Below are positions 56,471 through 64,000 of a stretch of 64,000 nt of DNA, one piece after another. The notes beneath the pieces are model-generated. The model made no database searches. It saw only the letters and a list, made by a program, of their open reading frames with translations, and had not been told where the DNA came from. This DNA is from Octopus vulgaris (Eukaryota): NCBI GenBank assembly GCA_951406725.2, contig OX597819.1, positions 61,380,001 through 61,444,000 on the forward strand. Reading direction: 5' to 3'. A program made the translations under genes and the position numbers. Position 1 is the first letter of the stretch. Every line of letters begins with the position of its first letter.

Positions 56471-58063
56471 CCGTGGCGGCCAAAATGTTCAGAACGGCAT
56501 TGTTTTCGTCAGAAAAGTAAGTATAAGTTTTTATCAAAGTAGTTTTATATTCTATAATTTTCACAGACAATAAATACAATATTAATTGTTATTGTCTGAG
56601 AATTTTATGTAATTTGAGAGGATAATACAAAAGTTATGAATGATTTAGTGATTTACTGCAAAACCCATGGCGGCCAAAATGATCAGAACGGTTGAAAAAA
56701 TAACAAAATAATCAAAAATGACAGAGAATACTGGAATTATTTAATGACATCTTCGACTGCATGAGGAAATTAAATTTTCAATTTCTTGCTGGGTGATCTT
56801 ATTCCATTCTTCCTGAAGGGCATTCCATAATTGCTCAGTTGTTTTAGAATTTCTGGCTTTCGAACGTTCTCCTAGAATATTCCATACATTTTCAATAGGA
56901 TTGAGATCTGGGCTTTGAGCAGGCCAATCCATAACAATAACCTTTTCCGCCTTGAGGAAGTTCATGGCCACCATAGCCTTGTGACATGGGGCATTGTCCT
57001 GCATGAATATGGGTGGTCGCTTAGTTGAATTTCTCAGCACAGGCAAGACATGATCTTTTACAAGTTGTTTATAAACTCCTGCATTTACCTTTCCATGTAA
57101 TCGAACCAAAGGGCCCACACCATCTCCTGATATCATCCCCCAAACCATGACACTTCCTCCACCGAATTTAACACTAGTCTTAAGGCATTTAGGCGACAAT
57201 TTTTCACCTACTTTTCCACGAACGTACCTTTTCCCATCTGAGCCAAATAACATAAACTTAGATTCATCACTGAAATGCACCGTTTGCCATTTTTCTTGAG
57301 ACCACAACACATGTTCGGTTGCAAAGGTAAGACGACACTTTTTATTCTTGGAGCTGATCAGTGGCTTCACTGCAGATGCTCTTGCTTGTAGGTCATGTTC
57401 AACTAAACGACGAGACACAGTTTTTCGAGATAAAGTTTTCTTCAATACAATGCTCATTTTCCGAGAAACAGCAGCAGCAGTTTTAAATCTGTCCTTTTTA
57501 ACCAACTTTACCATAGCACGATCTTCTCTCTTGGTCGTTTTTCTTGGCCTACCTGTAAACTTTCTTGCTTCACACGAACCACAATCATCGTAGACCTTAA
57601 GAATACTGTGTACAACACTTTTTGACTTGTTAACAATCTTTGCAATAGATCCAATACTTAAATTATCCTTCCTTCGAAGCTTACTAATCTGCTGACAAAT
57701 TGGTAACGGAGTAAGTGGCATTATATTAACAAAGTACACTGCAAATATTCTTACTAATGTTTAGTAAACGAACCATCACGTAAACAAATTCAAAACATTA
57801 GAGTTCGCCGGTTAAATATACTAAAACACGGAGTAAAAGCAACCGTTCTGATCCTTTTGGCCGCCATGAGTTTTGCAGTAAATCACTAAATTATCCATAA
57901 CTTTTGTATTATCCTCTCAAGTTACACCAAAATCTCAGGCAATAACAAATAATATCGTATTTATTGTCTGTGAAAATTATAGAATATAAAGCAAGTTTGA
58001 TAAAAACTTATACTTACTTTTCTGACGAAAACAATGCCGTTCTGAACATTTTGGCCGCCACTG
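56471..58063 (-). mobile_element. Tc1 DNA transposon with ~223-bp IR/DR-type TIRs
   Basis: TIRs at 56471-56693 and 57841-58063, each with two copies of TGGCGGCCAAAA.G.TCAGAACGG. TA flanks. Confidence 0.95.
56741..57721 (-). CDS. Tc1 transposase, DD34E
   Basis: 326 aa from MPLTP. GRPRK, FSDESKF, QDNAPCH and SPDLNPIE, with 34 residues between D and E. The C-terminus may be ~10 aa short. Confidence 0.92.
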   Translation of the reverse strand: MPLTPLPICQQISKLRRKDNLSIGSIAKIVNKSKSVVHSILKVYDDCGSCEARKFTGRPRKTTKREDRAMVKLVKKDRFKTAAAVSRKMSIVLKKTLSRKTVSRRLVEHDLQARASAVKPLISSKNKKCRLTFATEHVLWSQEKWQTVHFSDESKFMLFGSDGKRYVRGKVGEKLSPKCLKTSVKFGGGSVMVWGMISGDGVGPLVRLHGKVNAGVYKQLVKDHVLPVLRNSTKRPPIFMQDNAPCHKAMVAMNFLKAEKVIVMDWPAQSPDLNPIENVWNILGERSKARNSKTTEQLWNALQEEWNKITQQEIENLISSCSRRCH

Positions 58064-58136
<73 letters not shown>

Positions 58137-58137
58137 G

Positions 58138-58184
<47 letters not shown>

Positions 58185-58192
58185 GTATATAT

Positions 58193-58214
<22 letters not shown>

Positions 58215-58224
<10 letters not shown>

Positions 58225-58602
58225 GTATATGTATATAATCCGAACGTGACCATAGCCAGTACCGCATCGACTGGCCTCCGTGCTGAGGGCACGTAACAAA
58301 CACCATCCGAGCGTGGCCGTTCGCCAGCCTCGTCTGGCACCTGTATCGGTGGCACATAAAAAACACCATCCGAGCGTGGCCGTCTGCCAGCCTCGTCTGG
58401 CACCTGTGTTGGTGGCACATAAAATCACCCACTACACTCTCGGAGTGGTTGGCGTTAGGAAGGGCATCCTGCTGTAGAAACACTGCCAGATCTGACTGGC
58501 CTGGTGCAGCCTTCGGGCTTGCCAGACCCCAGTGGAACCGTCCAACCCATGCTAGCATGGAAAGCGGACGTTAAACGATGATGATGATGATGATGATGAT
58601 GA
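58215..58602 (+). mobile_element. Retroposon family E with internal ~56-bp tandem duplication
   Basis: See 54881. CACCATCCGAGCGTGGCCGT...GGTGGCACATAAAA occurs twice. Confidence 0.7.
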
Positions 58603-58640
58603 TATATATATGTATATATGTATATATATATGTATATATG

Positions 58641-58741
<101 letters not shown>

Positions 58742-58958
58742 TGTTATATTTCGGAATGGTCATATTGCCAGTTTAGCCAATAAAAACACACGCACTATAT
58801 ATTTGGTGTTATTTTGCTTCAGTGATATTTATTTTTTACATTAATCTTAATCTTATTTCGGCCAAAGTTCTTTCGTCACACTCCTGTGACCGCATCAGTG
58901 GTCCTTTGTTTTCTTTTTATTGGCTAAACTGGCAATATGACCATTCCGAAATATAACA
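58742..58958. repeat. Inverted repeat (~44-bp arms) enclosing a hammerhead-like motif
   Basis: TGTTATATTTCGGAATGGTCATATTGCCAGTTTAGCCAATAAAAA and its reverse complement. Confidence 0.8.
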
Positions 58959-59027
58959 ATATCTGTTTCAACACACGACTTCACATAAAAAATCTTGCAC
59001 AACAAATATTTAAACGTATATATATAC

Positions 59028-59420
59028 TCTTTTACTCTTTTACTTGTTGTTTCAGTCATTTGACTGCGGCCATGCTGGAGCACCGCCTTTAGTCGAGCAA
59101 ATCGATCCCGGGGCTTATTCTTTGTAAACCCAGTACTTATTCTATCGGACTCTCTTGCCGAACCGCTAAGTGACGGGGACGTAAACACACCAGCATCGGT
59201 TGTCAAGCAATGCTAGGGGGACAAACACAGACACATAAACACACACACATACATATACATATACATATATACGGCAGGCTTCTTTCAGTTTCCGTCAACC
59301 AAATCCACTCACAAGGCATTGGTCGGGCCGGGGCTATAGCAGAAGACACTTGCCCAAGTTGCCACGCAGTGGAACTGAACCCGGAACCATGTGGTTGGTT
59401 AGCAAGCTACTTACCACACA
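59028..59420 (-). mobile_element. SINE family A
   Basis: Matches the family consensus. Confidence 0.85.
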
Positions 59421-59541
59421 GATGTATACATGTGTGTGTGTGTGTGTGTGTATTTTGATGTTTATGTTTATTTCCGTAACTTGCGTCACGGCAAAAAGAC
59501 ACCGAAAGAATAAGTACCTGGCTTTAAAATACACGGGGCAG

Positions 59542-59602
<61 letters not shown>

Positions 59603-60347
59603 CATGTATGTGTTTGTTTGTATGTATATGTATGTATTGGTTTGTATGTATGTGTATATGTATGTGTGTGCATGTATGTGTATGTATGTGTATGTATGTA
59701 TGCGTGTGTGTGTGTATGTATGTATGTATGTATGTGTGTATGTATGTGTGTATTGTGTGTGTATGATTGTGTATGTATGTGTGTGTATGTATTAGGTGTG
59801 TGTGTGTATGTATGTATGTGTATGTATAAACAAATAATATATAAAAATATATATATAATATACATATGCATATATGCAGATATACATAGATAGATATACA
59901 TATACGTTAATGGGTACAGGACGTCACCAACAACAAACACCATGAAATACGACAACAAATGATTTCAATACGCAAAGAACGAGAGAAACAAATGGAAAAC
60001 AGGACAAATAACACAAAGAACGACCCTTCATCAGTTGTAGGCAGTCCATCTACTCCTCATTTCGAACATTGAACGACAATATGAGTCTTCGAAGAGAGTT
60101 GCTCTCATAAGTACCAAAATAAAATTTTTGGTTTATGGAGGGTCAATATTGGGAACAAAAACAGGACAGTGGAGACATAGAAGGAAACCGAACGAAAACA
60201 AATATGAGGGTCGTTAGACCAGAACGAGAGGAAAATAGTGAACGCTGGAGAAATATTGTCTTTGAAAAGAGAAAAATAGAAGTGAGAGATAGAATAGTCC
60301 GGTCCTTAGTACAGTGATGAAGGAAAAGAAAGATGGACAATGATCAC

Positions 60348-60418
<71 letters not shown>

Positions 60419-60613
60419 TTCTCTTTATACGTTTCAGACAGTTGACTGAGGCCATGCTGGAGCACCGCATTTAGTCGAACAAATCGACACCCAGGACTTA
60501 TTGTTTGTACCGAACTGCTAAGGTTCGGGGGCACAAACATACTAACATCGGCTGTTAAGCGATGGTGGGGGGGATAAACTCAGAAACAAACATGTACACA
60601 CATAAATATATGT

Positions 60614-60675
<62 letters not shown>

Positions 60676-60779
60676 GGGCTTTGGTCGGTTCGAGATTTAT
60701 AGTAGGCCACGCAGTGCAGTGGGCTGAATCTGGAACCATGTAGTTGAGAAGCAAGCTTCTTACCACACAGCCACGCCTG
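60419..60779 (-). mobile_element. SINE family A, internally deleted
   Basis: Head and tail recognisable. Confidence 0.75.
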
Positions 60780-60940
60780 TTATTCTTGTATCGATTTTAG
60801 CAGGAGGCAATAACCGTCATTAGTGCTAATTCTTGTTTATTTTTTAACTCACTTCACGGTGTTGTCTTCTGAAAGGGTCCTGCTTAAGTGGTGAAGATGA
60901 CAGAGCTGCTCTACCTGAGCGTACATCTGACCGAGATATA

Positions 60941-62227
60941 TCAGGTCATCCCATAAGTTCTGTCCGATTTTACCTTTTTAAAATTGAATGAAATTTAATA
61001 GTATTTTAAAATGTCTAATGGAATTAAAAATTATTTTTATGCATTTCTGTACATTTAAACTAATTAAATATTATTTTACAGAATAATAGAATTAAAACTT
61101 CTTTGATTAAAACCCTTTCTAACATGAAATTATCCACAGAGCATTTGAGGCACATAATGCTTTATGAGTACGAAAAAAAGAAACACTGCAGCCGAAGCGA
61201 CTCGAAACATACACTCAGTTTATGGGAAAGAATGCTTGAATGAAAGAACTTGCAGAAGATGATTTGCAAAATTCAGAAGTTTAGATTTCAGCCTTGAAGA
61301 TGAAGATCGAACAGGACGTCCAGTTGAGTTTGATAATAAGCTCCTTGAGGCATTACTTGAAGAAAACCCTACATTATCAGTTGAAGAATTGGCAATAAAG
61401 CTTAGTTCAAACCATACAACTGTTCATCGTCATCTTCAACAACTTGGAAAGGTCCCTAAACTTGGAAAATGGGTGCCTCATGAATTGTCCGAAAGCAACC
61501 GCAAATCCCGAGTTGACATCTGCTCTTCTCTCCATTCTCGCGAACTCATTTCACCCTTTTTAGATAGACTTGTGACTGGTGACGAAAAATGGATCTTCTA
61601 TCGAAATGTTAAACGTCGTAAACAGTGCTTGGTAAAAGGGAAAAAGCCCAACCACAACCGAGAGGGGACCTCCATGAGGAAAAGGGTCTTCTCTGTATCT
61701 GGTGGGTTTGCAAAGGAGTAATTCACTTTGAATTATTACCACCTAATGCAACAATTAATGCTCAAGTCTACTGTCAGCAATTAGAGCGTTTGAACCAAGC
61801 TTTGAAGAAAAAAAAGACCGGCTTTAGTGAATCGAAAAGGAGGGATGTTTCATCAGGACAATGCGCGACCCTACACTGCAAAGATTACATCACAGAAGAT
61901 CGAAGAGCTTGGTTGGGAAAAAATTCCTCATCTACCTTATTCTTCCTACCTTGCTCCTTCAGACTACCATTTGTTTGGTAGTTAACAGAATCATTTGGGG
62001 GACATAACTTTCGCAAGGCAGGAGGAGGTCGAAACTGACATTTCAGAGTTCTTCACTTTGAAACCAAAAGTGTTTTACACTGATGGTATCAAAAAGCTTG
62101 TAAACAGATGGAAGGTAGTCATAGATAATTAGGGAAATACATTGATGATTAGATTTCAATTAAATATAACATTTGATCACTTGATTTCTTTATTCAAAAT
62201 TCGGACAGAACTCATGGTATGACCTGA
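60941..62227 (+). mobile_element. Full-length decayed mariner (DD34D-type)
   Basis: TIRs TCAGGTCATCCCATAAGTTCTGTCCGA and TCGGACAGAACTCATGGTATGACCTGA, TA flanks. WVPHEL, VTGDEKW, HQDNARP and LAPSDYHLF lie in broken frames from the ATG at 61124. Confidence 0.93.
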
Positions 62228-62229
62228 TA

Positions 62230-63050
62230 GATTCATCTAGTATATCAAATAGAAATTTGCTTTTTCTTTCATATCTACTCCTCGCAGATCTCAGAAACTT
62301 TTAGTTACGGTATTGAAGAGTTGTAGGCTTTTGAATCCTAAGCATTATTAGGCATTAGGATCTTTCTCCCGACGGAGTGGTTGTGAATTTTGTTACTATG
62401 GAGTGGCGTCCAGTCCGGTCATTTGTATAGCTTTCATTCCCGAAGTTGAGTGATAGACTATCCAGGATCCTCCATATACTTATCCATCAGAACTTTTCGC
62501 GTCTTCTCTCCTCTCTTGGGCGTCTGTTGAACCAAGGCAAGATCTTATTAAATTTCTTCCAACCACCTGAAGGTTTTCAAATTTTCACTAGATTATTTTC
62601 TTCAAGGAATTAATAATAAAGAAATTACAGGCATTTAAAGTTATTAATTTTAGCCAATTCTGACATGGTCTGAGATTTTGCTGTCAGTAATAAGTCCCAT
62701 TACATGACGCTGCAGGACTTCCAGTTTCTGTAGTGCAACAGAAGTCCAGTTGACTCATTTTAGCCTATATAAGACTACTGGCAGAACAAAGATACTAGAT
62801 TTTATGAGAAGTAGAATTTTTGAAGTGCAATTTTCTTCATATTAAAGACTGCCAGGGTCCGATTCTTGGTTCGCATCTCTTTTGAAGAGTGTTTTGAAGA
62901 GTGTTTGTGTCCGAGGGAGACGAATTCAGAGAACATGCCAGAATTGAAGCTCTGAGACAAATAACCAAATTACCTCCAATCACCTCTGCCACCAAAAATA
63001 AAGTACTCATTCTGCTTGGGGACTCTAAACGAATGGTCTGTAGCGTCAGC
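62230..63050 (-). mobile_element. Old, decayed CR1-group LINE 3' region related to elements 1 and 2
   Basis: Manual translation IWRILDSLSLNFGNESYTNDRTGRH compared with IWKILEGSVLNFGIESYANARTGRH in element 1. Confidence 0.6.
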
Positions 63051-63505
63051 AAGATCGGTTTGGAAGGTATGATTAATGGAAAGAGAAACAGATGTTGACG
63101 TAAAAACACAAAGGGCAGGGTCAAGCGGTGGGGCAGGGAGACAAACACAGACACACTGATATATATATATAGGACGGGCTTCTTTCAGTTCCCGTTCATT
63201 AAATTCACTCACAAGGCTTGGCTCGACCCGAAGCTATTATAGAACATACTTGCCCAAAGTGTCTCACAATGGGACTAAATTTGAAACCACGTGGCTGGGA
63301 AACAAACTTCCAGCCACACAGCCACATTTGCGACTATGAATAATTCACAACATTTAATTTGGTATTTTACAATTTTAACAAAACCAACTTATAACTAAGT
63401 TAGCTCATTAAAAGTTTATCAAAGTAATCAATCAATCAATCAAATGTATTTTTGTGTGTTATGTCAGTGTATTTTTCTTCTTTATTCTTCTTTCGTTTTC
63501 TTCAG

Positions 63506-63692
63506 GTTTCCAGGCCGAGAATGCTCCACGTGAGTGTCAGTTGGTCATCAGCCCAAAGATCGGCGATATCTTTGTTCGAGTTGGAAGCTCGGGTACAATA
63601 ACTTGCGCAGTTCCTCAGACATGCAAACTTTCTGCTTATTCTGTAGCCTGGAGAAACTCAGATGGAATCTATCTCCATCAAGAATCTGTAAG
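63506..63692 (+). CDS. Gene 2, coding exon 2: first half of an Ig-like domain (IgSF cell-surface or secreted protein)
   Basis: Strong acceptor TTTCGTTTTCTTCAG|. A phase-1 join gives GFQAENAPRECQLVISPKIGDIFVRVGSSGTITCAVP...VAWRNSDG (B-strand Cys, C-strand Trp). The donor is at 63688 or 63693. Confidence 0.75.
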
Positions 63693-64000
63693 GTACATAT
63701 TGTATTTGATTATTCAGGACCGGCATACCGCTTAATTGTGTCGGTAAACACCGGTCCTTTCTTATTAGGAACAGCTCTTCTGTTTGGTAGTGTTGAATGG
63801 CTACTTCAAAATCACATCCACTGCTTTTATCATCATCATTTAACATCGGCTTTCAATACTGGTATGGCCTGGAGGGTTTAGCTAGAGCTGGCTAGTCGGT
63901 GAGCTGTATCAGGTTCTGAAAGAAAAGAGTCTCCTTGAAACATTTTGCGAAGACTGTTTTCATGCTCTACTGGGACGGGGAGGGAGAAAAACCTTTCTCA

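Overview
Repeat-saturated eukaryotic DNA, most consistent with a cephalopod (octopus) genome. That call is an inference from the SINE types and the extreme (TA)n/(TG)n density. Most ORFs in the supplied track are microsatellite translations. The real content is as follows. (1) A ~16-kb (TA)n nest (8350-24180) holds two apparently full-length CR1-group LINEs and a 5'-truncated copy of a third family. The two full-length elements have an unusual ORF1 (Myb/SANT-like domain plus CCCH finger), and one has an uninterrupted ORF2. (2) These three LINE families and the commonest SINE share a covarying two-hairpin 3' element. (3) A near-intact IR/DR DD34E Tc1 element, a decayed mariner, Helitron pieces, MITEs, and RTE and L1/Tx1 relics are present. 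(4) Minimal Penelope-type hammerhead-like motifs occur, one with a G3:C8 swapped core. (5) Two spliced + strand host genes are missed by the ORF track: a predicted 3-exon, 251-aa single-pass membrane protein with a DSGIES degron-like motif, and the first two coding exons of an Ig-superfamily protein. All calls were made by eye; repeat boundaries are approximate.
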